Shown here in pieces: positions 42,586 to 52,464 of a stretch of 64,000 nucleotides of DNA. The stretch is taken from contig JBAWZA010000012.1 of the NCBI GenBank assembly GCA_037143335.1, forward strand, positions 7,108 to 71,107, in the 5' to 3' direction. Position 1 is the stretch's first letter; every line of letters starts with the position of its first letter. The DNA is from a bacterium. Lineage in GTDB: Bacteria; Bacteroidota; Ignavibacteria; Palsa-1295. The position numbers and the translations under genes are program-made. The notes under the pieces were generated by a model that did no database searches, was not told the DNA's origin, and was given only the letters and a program-made list of their open reading frames with translations.

Positions 42586-43425
42586 TTACTTCTTATTCCA
42601 CTCCAGCGCAGACGTTGGTAATTGGAGTCCCCTCACGTTATACTGAACTGGTTTTGACCTGACGTTAGTCCAAATCAACAGTGTGTTTGTCAACGGTTTG
42701 CGCTCGAAAGTCGTATAACTGATTCGTAGAGTAAAAACTTCTTCCGGTGCAAGCTCGAAAGGGAATGAAAGGTCATCTGAGAGTCCTGCTACCTCAAATC
42801 TTTGATCATCCGTTTCAAATGACGCTTTCGAGATTGTGATTGTCGATTTCGTGGTATTCTTAAATGAGAAAACTCGATTAAATTGGTTATCGCTACCCAC
42901 TATTGAGATAAGTTTCGCCGGAGTGGTATCGTTCGGGTTCAGATCGAACACTGCCCCGCGTAAGGTAGCGGCGATACTCGGAAGAGAGCTTTCTGAATGA
43001 CTACTTCCACGAAAACGAAGTCGCACGTCCTTAGATTTATCATTATTAATTCCGACGTTCAGTGAAACCTCAGATTCTTTATCTCGCGCAGACGGTCTGA
43101 AACAAACGTACCCAAGTCGGATACTTTCATGTGGAGCAAGCCGATATGGGAAATTGATAGCATCAGTCAATTCGAATTGGTCATTCCAATTTGCTGCATT
43201 CAGAGACGTGATGGTAATTTTATGATCGGATATATTTTTGAGAATGATGGGCTGGCACTCCGAGCTACCACTGATTGTGACGAAGGAGTATTCCTTCTTT
43301 CCGGACAATGCTTCAACGCCTTGTTGAGCAGAGAGTGCCGAGCAAGTAAGTGTGACGATAAAAAGAACCTTCGATATGCTTGCGCGTATCGAACTTCCAA
43401 TTCTCTGAATAAATTGCACTGTCAT
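42586..43425 (-). CDS. Hypothetical exported protein with two Ig-like (choice-of-anchor-D/ASH-like) domains
   Basis: Signal peptide LSA-Q; two KN...ITI...FP..LAP.E units; paralog of 43542..44147. Confidence 0.7.
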   Translation of the reverse strand: MTVQFIQRIGSSIRASISKVLFIVTLTCSALSAQQGVEALSGKKEYSFVTISGSSECQPIILKNISDHKITITSLNAANWNDQFELTDAINFPYRLAPHESIRLGYVCFRPSARDKESEVSLNVGINNDKSKDVRLRFRGSSHSESSLPSIAATLRGAVFDLNPNDTTPAKLISIVGSDNQFNRVFSFKNTTKSTITISKASFETDDQRFEVAGLSDDLSFPFELAPEEVFTLRISYTTFERKPLTNTLLIWTNVRSKPVQYNVRGLQLPTSALEWNKK

Positions 43426-43541
43426 GAAAAGGTCGAAGCCCTGACAATGAATAATACGTCTGCTCCATAATCTCCGTGGCGAGAATCAGGGCAGTATTTT
43501 CGTGGCTTGTTAACGCAAGAGCGATAACAAAAAAAACAATT

Positions 43542-44147
43542 CTATTTGGTCGAAGCCATCGGCTTCTTGTTCCATGGCATATCTGACAATGGTTGTTGAA
43601 GTGCTTGGACTTCATAAACCAATGGTTCTTTTTCCTGATCGGTAACGAAAATGAGATTGCCCGAATAAAGTTTATTGCGCTCCACAGAATGAAAAGCAAC
43701 TTTTACCGTAATGGTTTCCCCTGGAATTAATTCATACGGGAACACGCCACCCTCCAAAAGTCCGACGAAATCAAAGTATTGGCTACCTTTATCAAACTCA
43801 ATGTTTTGGATAGTAAACTTCGTCTGGGTATTATTTTTAAATATGAAGCTCCGGACAAATTCTTGATCGTAGCCTTTCATATCCAAGAGAACTTTCGATA
43901 CTGTGCCGAATGGTATAGGTGTATGAGCAACTATTCTGACGGGGGACTTCACAATTCCACCTGTCGAATGAGGTGCCTCAACACTTTGGTTTGGGCGGGT
44001 AAGCTCGTTCGTGATAACAAGGCTCAGAGCCTTTCCGCTTGATTGCGAGGGTACTTGTGCAGACGCTTGGTTGAAAACCAGGCTAAAAAATGCCAAAGCG
44101 CTTCCAATGGAAAGAATACGCAAAGCATTACCATGTTTTAGTGACAT
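43542..44147 (-). CDS. Hypothetical exported protein with one Ig-like domain
   Basis: Signal peptide ASA-Q; FKNNT..FTI...FPYELIPGE; paralog of the downstream gene. Confidence 0.7.
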   Translation of the reverse strand: MSLKHGNALRILSIGSALAFFSLVFNQASAQVPSQSSGKALSLVITNELTRPNQSVEAPHSTGGIVKSPVRIVAHTPIPFGTVSKVLLDMKGYDQEFVRSFIFKNNTQTKFTIQNIEFDKGSQYFDFVGLLEGGVFPYELIPGETITVKVAFHSVERNKLYSGNLIFVTDQEKEPLVYEVQALQQPLSDMPWNKKPMASTK

Positions 44148-44169
44148 AGTGGTAACTCTTAAAATGTGG

Positions 44170-44286
44170 CTAATGACTGGTGCGCGAACCCTGTGACGAA
44201 TTCCGAACTCAGTTAATTTTACTAATGGATTTGTTTCCCGTGACGGCTACAATCCTAATGATTTATTTGGTCTTCTCCCGTGACGA
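44170..44286. repeat. Three degenerate direct repeats CTAATG...CC(C/T)GTGACG
   Basis: GTGACG cores at 44193, 44240 and 44280, each preceded by CTAATG (44170, 44222, 44255). Confidence 0.55.
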
Positions 44287-44359
44287 AAAAAGACTCTTAC
44301 AAGGGTTAAATGCTATTTCGATCAGGTTCGTTCCCGAGAATTCAAACCCCGAAAAAATT

Positions 44360-45673
44360 CTACCCAAATCGTACAGGGTCGTTGCCGAAAACAGCTTTTA
44401 TCTCTTTCTCAAGGTGAAGCTTGAGCTGCTTCAGGTCTTCGGTAACGGGTTGTATCTGTGATAAAAAGCCTTCAAGCAAGCGACGCTTTTGTTCTTTATC
44501 CGCATCCGCTGAGCCAAATGTCTCCTTTGCCCATGAAATGAGTGAGCGCTTCACTTGGATTCCATCAAGCTCAGTCATCGGACGCTTGAGCAGTGCGGGG
44601 TCGCTCTTGAATTTGCGTAGCAGTTCTTCAAGCATAAGCATTTGCGCTAATTGCTCAAATCCACCGCTCGTTCCGTATAGATGATTCAGCGTCTCAAACG
44701 ATTTCTGGAATAATGCTTTCTCGCTCGGAATTCCTGAAGTACAAAGAAGGTAGTGAAGTCGTCCAACATCAGTCCGATCGACCGCCGTCCTTCCTTTTAA
44801 GAAGGCGAGTCCACGGATGAGGTCAAGCGATTTCGCTTGCGTTCGCGGTGAGATATAAAAATCTTTATGCCGTGCGCGCTCTTCATGTGGTCGCTCTTGC
44901 ATCATCCTATTACGCTGCACCTCGTAGTGACGTATGACCAGATTTGTGAAATAGACTATTTCCGGACTCATCGTCACGATTTGGTCAGCAACTTCACCCT
45001 TGATTATTGCGCTAGCATACTTCAGCCATTGGTACGAAATTTTCTTTTCTGCTTTGAGTACATTACCAGAAGCCTTCAAATACTGCTCTGATATTTGATA
45101 CTGCACGAATGGGTCTTTGTCGGGGCTTATCAATGCCTTGAACAAAAATCTATCAAGCAATGCCTCAGTGATTTCGGAGATACGGAGATAGTTTGTAGCC
45201 GAAATGACTGTGTGAATTGCGGCGGGCATCTGTTGGATACCTCGAACGAGCGCGCGCTCATTGAGCGTCGTAAGGAGGGCGCGCAGCGTATAATCATTGG
45301 CATCAAAAATTTCATCAATAAATCCAAATTCGCTTTCAATGAGCGATCCTTCAGTATTGTGAATGATTCTGCCTTTTTTTAATTCCTCAATGTCAAGACC
45401 TCCGAAGTATGTATCGGGCTGTTGTTCTTTTGATGCTTGAACTTTGAAAGTTCTCGCCCCTTCAAACATAGCAAAGACTTGATCGGCGAGCAAAGTCTTA
45501 CCAACGCCAGTTCTGCTTTCAATCAGGACGTGTTCACCGAGAAGAAGAGCGAGGAAAATCTGCTCAATGACTTCGGAACGATTAATAACTCGTCGCTCGA
45601 CAAATTCCATTGCCGATTTCAAGTCTGCGATAAAGATTTCCGGACTAAATCCGGTTGGTGCAGTCTGAGCCAT
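44360..45673 (-). CDS. MoxR-family (RavA-like) AAA+ ATPase
   Basis: Walker A ESRTGVGKT, Walker B FIDEIF, LLTTLNER, SATN, ALLDRF. Start at ATG 45673. Confidence 0.82.
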   Translation of the reverse strand: MAQTAPTGFSPEIFIADLKSAMEFVERRVINRSEVIEQIFLALLLGEHVLIESRTGVGKTLLADQVFAMFEGARTFKVQASKEQQPDTYFGGLDIEELKKGRIIHNTEGSLIESEFGFIDEIFDANDYTLRALLTTLNERALVRGIQQMPAAIHTVISATNYLRISEITEALLDRFLFKALISPDKDPFVQYQISEQYLKASGNVLKAEKKISYQWLKYASAIIKGEVADQIVTMSPEIVYFTNLVIRHYEVQRNRMMQERPHEERARHKDFYISPRTQAKSLDLIRGLAFLKGRTAVDRTDVGRLHYLLCTSGIPSEKALFQKSFETLNHLYGTSGGFEQLAQMLMLEELLRKFKSDPALLKRPMTELDGIQVKRSLISWAKETFGSADADKEQKRRLLEGFLSQIQPVTEDLKQLKLHLEKEIKAVFGNDPVRFG

Positions 45674-45977
45674 CGTGTACGAATATAAGCACAGAATTTG
45701 GCAGAGTGTTAAAATTAACAAATCCGCTGGATTGGAGGAGTTGAGAATTGAACAATCAGATGGATCAGCATTAATCAGTAGCTCAGCTTCCTATCTTTTT
45801 GATTGAAGGGAGAAATCAGTTAACCACCACTATTTCAGCTAGAACGATATCTCGCATTGTTCGAAAAGACATCGTTCGCACATTCATTTTTTACAGAATT
45901 TCCACGATCGAACGAGAGACGTTTTCTTTGGTTCTGTTGTTTCAACGCCTTCATATTTCACCAATGTCTTTTTTTCT

Positions 45978-47093
45978 ATGATTATTGGCGTACCACGCGA
46001 GATTAAATCCCACGAAAATCGAGTTGCTCTGACACCGAGCGGTGCTGAGATATTACGAATCAGTGGACATAGTGTTCTCATCGAAACAAATGCCGGCAAC
46101 GGTTCGGGCTTCAAAAATGAAGAGTATATCGCTGCGGGCGCTGAGATAGCAGCCAATCCGAAGGAAGTCTTCGACCGTGCGGAGATGATTATGAAGGTGA
46201 AGGAGCCGATTGCGTCGGAGTATTCGCTCATCCGCAAGGGGCAGCTTCTCTTTACCTATTTCCACTTTGCAGCCGATCGTGCTCTGACCGAAGCAATTGT
46301 ATCTTCTAAGTCAATTGCTGTAGCATACGAGACGGTACAGAAGAGTGACGGGTCACTCCCATTGCTTATTCCGATGTCGGAAGTTGCAGGAAGAATGGCT
46401 CCGCAAGAAGGAGCGAAATATCTTGAAAAGACCCAGGGTGGTCGAGGAGTTTTACTCGGTGGTGTCCCTGGTACCGAGCCAGGTGATGTACTTGTTTTAG
46501 GCGGTGGCATTGTGGGTACCAATGCCGCAAAGATTGCCGCTGGTCTGGGCGCGCGTGTTACGATCCTCGATGTGAATCTTCAAAGACTCCGTTACTTGGA
46601 TGATGTCATGCCGAGGAATGTTACTACGATGATGTCGAATCCTTATAACATCCGCAAACTTGTCAAGCGTGCAGATCTTGTCATCGGCGGAATTCTCATT
46701 CCAGGTGCGAAGGCTCCGCGACTTATCACTCGTGAGATGCTGAAGGATATGAAAGAAGGATCGGTGATTGTTGACGTTGCCGTTGATCAAGGCGGATGTA
46801 TTGAAACTTGCAAGCCGACAACTCACGAAAATCCGACGTTCGTAGTTGATGGTGTCGTTCACTACTGCGTTGCAAATATGCCAGGAGCAGTGCCGATGAC
46901 TTCCACTATTGCACTGACAAATGCGACGTTGCCTTACGCACTTCAACTTGCAAATGACGGATACGAAAAAGCAATATCCAAAAATGCAGAGCTACGCGCA
47001 GGCTTAAATGTTATTGACGGTCACGTTACCTACAAGGGTGTCGCTGATGCCTTCGGTATGACGTACGAAGATTCAACGAATTTCATCAAGTAA
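45978..47093 (+). CDS. ald: Alanine dehydrogenase
   Basis: [51 protein letters not shown]. Confidence 0.97.
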   Translation: MIIGVPREIKSHENRVALTPSGAEILRISGHSVLIETNAGNGSGFKNEEYIAAGAEIAANPKEVFDRAEMIMKVKEPIASEYSLIRKGQLLFTYFHFAADRALTEAIVSSKSIAVAYETVQKSDGSLPLLIPMSEVAGRMAPQEGAKYLEKTQGGRGVLLGGVPGTEPGDVLVLGGGIVGTNAAKIAAGLGARVTILDVNLQRLRYLDDVMPRNVTTMMSNPYNIRKLVKRADLVIGGILIPGAKAPRLITREMLKDMKEGSVIVDVAVDQGGCIETCKPTTHENPTFVVDGVVHYCVANMPGAVPMTSTIALTNATLPYALQLANDGYEKAISKNAELRAGLNVIDGHVTYKGVADAFGMTYEDSTNFIK

Positions 47094-47098
47094 GAATC

Positions 47099-48820
47099 AT
47101 GCCCAAGGTCATTATTGACGGCAAAGAGTTTGAAGCTCAACAAGGGCAGACTGTTATACAAGTTGCTCTTGAAAACGATATTGATGTTCCGCATTTTTGT
47201 TGGCATCCAGCACTGAGCGTTGCAGGCAACTGTAGGATGTGCCTCGTGGATGTAGAGAAAATCCCAAAACTCTCTATCGCTTGTCAAACGGCAGTCACCG
47301 ATGGGATGGTCGTTCATACGCAGAACGAAAAATCACTCAAGGCAAGAGAAGATGTGATGGAGTTTCTCTTAATTAACCATCCGCTCGATTGCCCAATCTG
47401 CGATGAAGCTGGCCAATGTAAATTACAAGATTATGCGTTTAATCACTCACGTGGTGTTTCTCGATTTGATGAAGTAAAAACCCACAAGGAGAAACGCGTA
47501 CCGTTCGGTCCAAACGTTCTCTTTGATGGCGAGAGGTGCATTTCTTGCTCACGTTGCATTCGCTTCGGTGAAGAAATTGCCGATCAACCGGTTCTTTCAT
47601 TCGTACAACGAGGCGACCACGTTACCATCGAACCATTCCCAGGTACAGAGCTTGATAATCCTGTTTCAATGAATGTCATAGACATCTGTCCTGTCGGTGC
47701 ACTCACGAGCAGAGATTTCAGATTCAAGGCACGTCCGTGGGATATGTCATTTACTGAAACGATTTGTCCATCATGCTCACGTGGATGTAATATCCGAGCA
47801 GGAGTTCGCGATAATCAAATTCTGCGATTAGAACCTCGTCCGAATCCTAACGTAAATGATTTTTGGATGTGCGATCACGGCAGGTTGGAATCGTATCCTC
47901 CTGTCAATGCCGATTCCAGAATTTCTGGCGCATGGGTTCGCAAGAATGGTGCACTTGAAAGCGTCGGCATTTCAAATGCAATTCAATCGATCGTGAACGA
48001 ATTGAAAATTTACAAAGCCGATGAGATAGCTTTCATCGCTTCACCTTTTGCAACGGTTGAAGATAATTTCGCATTTGCACAATTTGCAAAGCACGTTACC
48101 AAAAATATCGGTTACTTTAGGAGCATCATCGGTGAGGATGAAAAATTACTTATTCGCGCTGATAAGACTCCGAATGCATTCGGCTTGAAGCTCTTGGGTA
48201 TAAGTGAGTTCGGTGAAGATTTTACCGAAGCACTCAAGACCGGTAAGATTAAAGCCGTTTATGCTTTGGAGGATGATGTTCTTTCGAGAAAATCTTTTGC
48301 ATTTGATAAAGTAGAATTCTTCGCATGTCACGCCACGAATTCTTCAAAGACTACCGACAAAGCAAACGTCATTCTTCCTGCTTCTTCGTGGGCAGAGAAG
48401 GAAGGAGTGCTAATCAACTTCGAAGGGTGGGCGCAAAAACTTCGCCCCGTTTTGGCAACCGTTACTAATGCTCGGTCCATTGAAACGATGAATCAGTCAC
48501 GCCTTGATAGATTCGGATCGAAGTTTGATCGTTGGGCACAGCATCAGAAACAGGATGCGCTTGATTCTTGGAAGCTGGTTCAAATTGCTTCAGCCCAAAT
48601 GGGACATGCTCACACATTTATTGACAGCCAAGATGTCTTTGATGCGGCAGTACATTCGGTTGAAGGCTTGAAAGGGTTAAGCTATGAGCTTATTGGCTCC
48701 ATTGGACAGCCTGTCGCAGGAGTAAAGAAGGAAGTAAAACACGCTTATTATCAAGAAGTATTTCATATTGATACGGAAGACCGTTTTCAAGTACACCAAA
48801 TTGAGTTAGTGCAGCAATAA
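47099..48820 (+). CDS. nuoG: NADH:quinone oxidoreductase subunit G (short form)
   Basis: PHFCWH..AGNCRMC, HPLDCPICDEAGQC, RCISCSRC, CPVGAL, CPSCSRGC. Confidence 0.92.
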   Translation: MPKVIIDGKEFEAQQGQTVIQVALENDIDVPHFCWHPALSVAGNCRMCLVDVEKIPKLSIACQTAVTDGMVVHTQNEKSLKAREDVMEFLLINHPLDCPICDEAGQCKLQDYAFNHSRGVSRFDEVKTHKEKRVPFGPNVLFDGERCISCSRCIRFGEEIADQPVLSFVQRGDHVTIEPFPGTELDNPVSMNVIDICPVGALTSRDFRFKARPWDMSFTETICPSCSRGCNIRAGVRDNQILRLEPRPNPNVNDFWMCDHGRLESYPPVNADSRISGAWVRKNGALESVGISNAIQSIVNELKIYKADEIAFIASPFATVEDNFAFAQFAKHVTKNIGYFRSIIGEDEKLLIRADKTPNAFGLKLLGISEFGEDFTEALKTGKIKAVYALEDDVLSRKSFAFDKVEFFACHATNSSKTTDKANVILPASSWAEKEGVLINFEGWAQKLRPVLATVTNARSIETMNQSRLDRFGSKFDRWAQHQKQDALDSWKLVQIASAQMGHAHTFIDSQDVFDAAVHSVEGLKGLSYELIGSIGQPVAGVKKEVKHAYYQEVFHIDTEDRFQVHQIELVQQ

Positions 48821-49836
48821 TGTTGATCGAAGCACTCATAAAAATTGTCGCAGTGTTGTTCGTCGTCTTGACGGCGGTTTCTTATCTCGTTCTGATGGAA
48901 CGGTGGATCAGTGCATGGTTGCAAGATCGTATCGGTCCTAATCGAGTGGGACCACTGGGACTATTTCAACCGCTCGCTGACGTTATTAAACTTCTCCTCA
49001 AAGAAGACATTGAACCAAGCCAATCCGAAAAATGGATTCACTGGATTTCACCGGTAATTTCTATCACTGTTGCATTTAGTGTGCTTGCGATTATACCGTT
49101 TGGAAATACAGTACTAATAGGCGGACAAAATTACAACCTCGCGATAGCTAGCGGTGTGAATATCGGGGTTCTCTATATTATTGCACTCACATCAGTCGGT
49201 GTCTATGGAATCACACTCGCAGGTTGGTCGAGCGGTTCGAAATATTCATTACTGGGTGGACTTCGTTCGAGTGCACAGATGATAAGTTACGAACTCACGA
49301 TGGGGCTTGGACTTGTTTGCGTAGTCATGCTCTCCGGGACACTTGATCTCAATGGAATAATTCAATCACAGATACATGGCGGTTGGAATATCTTTCGTGC
49401 TCCACTTGGCTTCATGCTTTTTCTGATCTCATCGTTCGCCGAAACAAACAGGCAGCCGTTCGATTTACCCGAAGCTGAGCCGGAACTAGTCGGTGGTTAT
49501 CATACGGAATATAGTTCGATGAAATTCGCACTCTTCTTCTTGGCAGAATATGCAAACATGATAACGGCGAGTGCGGTGATGAGTGTACTATTCTTGGGAG
49601 GTTGGCATTTACCTTTCGTTGAGACGATGGGACTTGCTCCACTCCTTGTTACCATTTTAGGCGTTGCTGCTTTTGCACTCAAGATATTTGCATTCATTTT
49701 CTTTTTCATGTGGGTTCGTTGGTCTATTCCGAGGTTTAGGTATGATCAGCTGATGAATCTTGGGTGGAAAGTATTGCTACCAATTGGTATTGTGAATATC
49801 GTCTTGACGGCACTCGAAAAAATTTATTTGCTCTAG
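48820..49836 (+). CDS. nuoH: NADH:quinone oxidoreductase subunit H
   Basis: QDRIGPNRVGP, RSSAQMISYE, AETNRQPFDLPEAE, PRFRYDQLM. Confidence 0.97.
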   Translation: MLIEALIKIVAVLFVVLTAVSYLVLMERWISAWLQDRIGPNRVGPLGLFQPLADVIKLLLKEDIEPSQSEKWIHWISPVISITVAFSVLAIIPFGNTVLIGGQNYNLAIASGVNIGVLYIIALTSVGVYGITLAGWSSGSKYSLLGGLRSSAQMISYELTMGLGLVCVVMLSGTLDLNGIIQSQIHGGWNIFRAPLGFMLFLISSFAETNRQPFDLPEAEPELVGGYHTEYSSMKFALFFLAEYANMITASAVMSVLFLGGWHLPFVETMGLAPLLVTILGVAAFALKIFAFIFFFMWVRWSIPRFRYDQLMNLGWKVLLPIGIVNIVLTALEKIYLL

Positions 49837-49839
49837 TAA

Positions 49840-50358
49840 ATGGAATATCGCTCGAAATACAACAATCTCAAACCAAAGAGGAAGCTCACTTTTTGGGAGA
49901 GAATATACTTCCCTGAAATTGCGCGAGGATTATTCACTACCATCAAGCATTTATTCCGACCAAAATTTACACGCCAGTATCCTGAAGAAAAATGGGAAGC
50001 ACCATCAGCATTTCGTGGCAGACCAGTACTCGTTATGGAAGAAAACGGTGCAGAGCGTTGCGTTGCATGCGGGCTCTGTTCAAGAGTTTGTCCTCCACTT
50101 GCGATAGAAGTACAAGCGAGCGAAACAGAACTTCTGAAGGAGCGTTATCCCGTTCGTTTTGAAATAAATATGCTCCGATGTATCTTCTGTGGTTTCTGCG
50201 AAGAAGTGTGTCCCGAAGAAGCAATCATCATGAGTAAAGACTACGAGCTGGTGTTTACCAAGTATGATGATGCTATCTATGGCAAGGATAAGTTGCTCGT
50301 CCCGAAAAAGGAATTGCAACCGCGCCTTGATTACTTGCGTGATATGCGAAATTCCTGA
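49840..50358 (+). CDS. nuoI: NADH:quinone oxidoreductase subunit I
   Basis: QYPEE; CVACGLCSRVCP and CIFCGFCEEVCP (two 4Fe-4S motifs). Confidence 0.96.
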   Translation: MEYRSKYNNLKPKRKLTFWERIYFPEIARGLFTTIKHLFRPKFTRQYPEEKWEAPSAFRGRPVLVMEENGAERCVACGLCSRVCPPLAIEVQASETELLKERYPVRFEINMLRCIFCGFCEEVCPEEAIIMSKDYELVFTKYDDAIYGKDKLLVPKKELQPRLDYLRDMRNS

Positions 50359-50359
50359 G

Positions 50360-52303
50360 TTGGCATCATTCATTTCAGACGCATTATTTTTTTTGCGACG
50401 ACAAAAACTCATCTTCGTCGCAGTCGTTCTTTCGATAGGTACACTTCCTTGCTCCGAAAGTTTTTCCCAAGTGATCGTCCGTCACGTTATGGGACCCCAA
50501 GAAATTCCGACGGGTGAAGAGTTCACGATCGCGGTAGTCTGTAAACCGGTTGCGAGGGAGCAGAGTCGGATGGTCGCGATACAATTTCCGGAATCGTGGA
50601 AGATCGTCCGAGGATATGCAGCCGAAGACGGAGCGACGGAATCAACTCCCCTCTACCAATATCCAGAACTTGCTTCTTACTTCGAAAAATCAAAGGGTCA
50701 CGCAATAAAAATTTTCGAGGACCGAACAAGCGTTTATGCAGAGAATTACTCTGGCATAATTTATTTTTTTACATTCATTGCGCCGTCATCCTCATCCACA
50801 GGAGAGTTCAAGGTTTGTATCGTAGAACGTTCCGACCCTGGAATACCTGAAAAAAAATCCACAAAGAAAGGCAAGAAAAATAAACCAGCGAAAATAAAAA
50901 ATTATGATTGGCGTGTTATCTCTCCTGAATTGGGAAGTACGTTCGCCTTCGCAGAAATTAACGACGCAACATTCTTACATTCTACCCATTTTGTAACCGG
51001 CTGGAAGAATACTTCCAGAGCGCTTACGTTCTCCGATTCAATCAATGCAACAGCTCGTTTAGTTTTACCGCCAGACGTATTACAACAATTTATTTCTGGC
51101 CCATTCACGATTTCGTGGTGGATGAAGGCTCCATCCGGTGAAACAATGATTCACCGATTCTTACATCGTGACTCGGCGAGTGGTTTTTCAATTTCATTAA
51201 ACCCTCTTGGGCAAATCGCGATCGCAAAGTATCCTGTTGTTGATGCAGATTCTGATATTCTCCTCATTTCAAGTGGCTTAGTAACCGATGGTGCTTGGCA
51301 TCACATTGGGATATCCAAAGATTCAGACTCTGTTGTACGGATATTCATAGATGGTGAGTTTACTGATTCAGCAAAGATCACACGAGACATATTCCATGAC
51401 ATTCACTATTCCTCAATTGGTTCAACAAAGTCCAAAGCTCATATAAGCATTGATGAACTGATTTTTTCACGACGCCTTTTTGTTGAGACTAAATCGTCAT
51501 CGAACGAAAATCTCATCTCTGTTCGCGACACACTTCCCAATGCCTTAGCGATTTTCCATTTTGAGGATTTCGGCAACGAAGCTCACTCAAGCATCGGTGT
51601 ATTCACAAAAGCAAATGATTCTACTTCCCCTAGCCATTACGTTCCGATCTTCTATTCACTTGATAGTGGGTTGCAAATTTCTGAGTCAAGCTCGCCAGTA
51701 CTATTTGATCATACGGTTCTATCAGTCGAACAAACAGCGCCGACGAGGATTACTTTTTCTTGGAAGACGACAGGAGAAGTAGGGATCAGACGGTATGAAC
51801 TCCAACGTAGAATCGCAACCTACGGTGAGTATGAAAAAACATTATCAGTACCAGCGAAGCATTTAATTTTAGGGGAAGAGGATCCACCGTCTATCATCGC
51901 AAGAGCAAGCTACTCGGCGGCGGAAAAACTTCCTTCGCTCACCCATGATATTGATTTGTACTACAGACTCTCCGCAATCGGCAATAACGATTCGGTTCTC
52001 TACTCCACCGAGCCGGTGAAATTAGAGTTTGGCGGAACGCGTGATATCTTTGTCGAGCAAAATAAACCGAATCCGTTTAATCCGAAGACGACGATCTCGT
52101 TTCGGCTGCTAAAAACTGGCAATGTCAACGTCACTGTCTTCGACATTATCGGAAGGGAAGTGGTAACCCTTCACGATGGAAAACTTTCCGCAGGGAAGCA
52201 CTCCATTGATATTGAAGCCACGACCTGGCCAGGCGGAATTTATTTCTACAAAGTAAAAACCGCGAAAGCTATTGTCACGAAAAAAATGGTATTAGCAAAA
52301 TAG
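50360..52303 (+). CDS. T9SS cargo with LamG/concanavalin-like domain + CTD
   Basis: FTISWWMK, DGAWHHI, IFIDG, IDEL (LamG); QNKPNPFNP.T.I...FDIIGREV...GIYFY CTD. Start placed at TTG 50360. Confidence 0.78.
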   Translation: MASFISDALFFLRRQKLIFVAVVLSIGTLPCSESFSQVIVRHVMGPQEIPTGEEFTIAVVCKPVAREQSRMVAIQFPESWKIVRGYAAEDGATESTPLYQYPELASYFEKSKGHAIKIFEDRTSVYAENYSGIIYFFTFIAPSSSSTGEFKVCIVERSDPGIPEKKSTKKGKKNKPAKIKNYDWRVISPELGSTFAFAEINDATFLHSTHFVTGWKNTSRALTFSDSINATARLVLPPDVLQQFISGPFTISWWMKAPSGETMIHRFLHRDSASGFSISLNPLGQIAIAKYPVVDADSDILLISSGLVTDGAWHHIGISKDSDSVVRIFIDGEFTDSAKITRDIFHDIHYSSIGSTKSKAHISIDELIFSRRLFVETKSSSNENLISVRDTLPNALAIFHFEDFGNEAHSSIGVFTKANDSTSPSHYVPIFYSLDSGLQISESSSPVLFDHTVLSVEQTAPTRITFSWKTTGEVGIRRYELQRRIATYGEYEKTLSVPAKHLILGEEDPPSIIARASYSAAEKLPSLTHDIDLYYRLSAIGNNDSVLYSTEPVKLEFGGTRDIFVEQNKPNPFNPKTTISFRLLKTGNVNVTVFDIIGREVVTLHDGKLSAGKHSIDIEATTWPGGIYFYKVKTAKAIVTKKMVLAK

Positions 52304-52464
52304 TTATAACAAATGGTTCGGCGATTGTGAAGAGGGCACGTGCAGCATGCCCCTAGGATCTGTCAAAATCCCCTCTTTTTTCATGGGAAGTATTTCAGCT
52401 AATAATTGTTTACTACCCCCTACAATACCCGTCACGACGGGTTGGAATTAACATATAGCTTATT

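Noticed and set aside
44170-44286. Possible mini-CRISPR array
   Set aside because: Conserved cores are only 6-10 bp with irregular spacing, and no cas genes are present.
52333-52354. REP-like palindrome GGGCACG-TGCAG-CATGCCC
   Set aside because: A single imperfect copy with no associated transposase; cannot be supported as a repeat family from this window.
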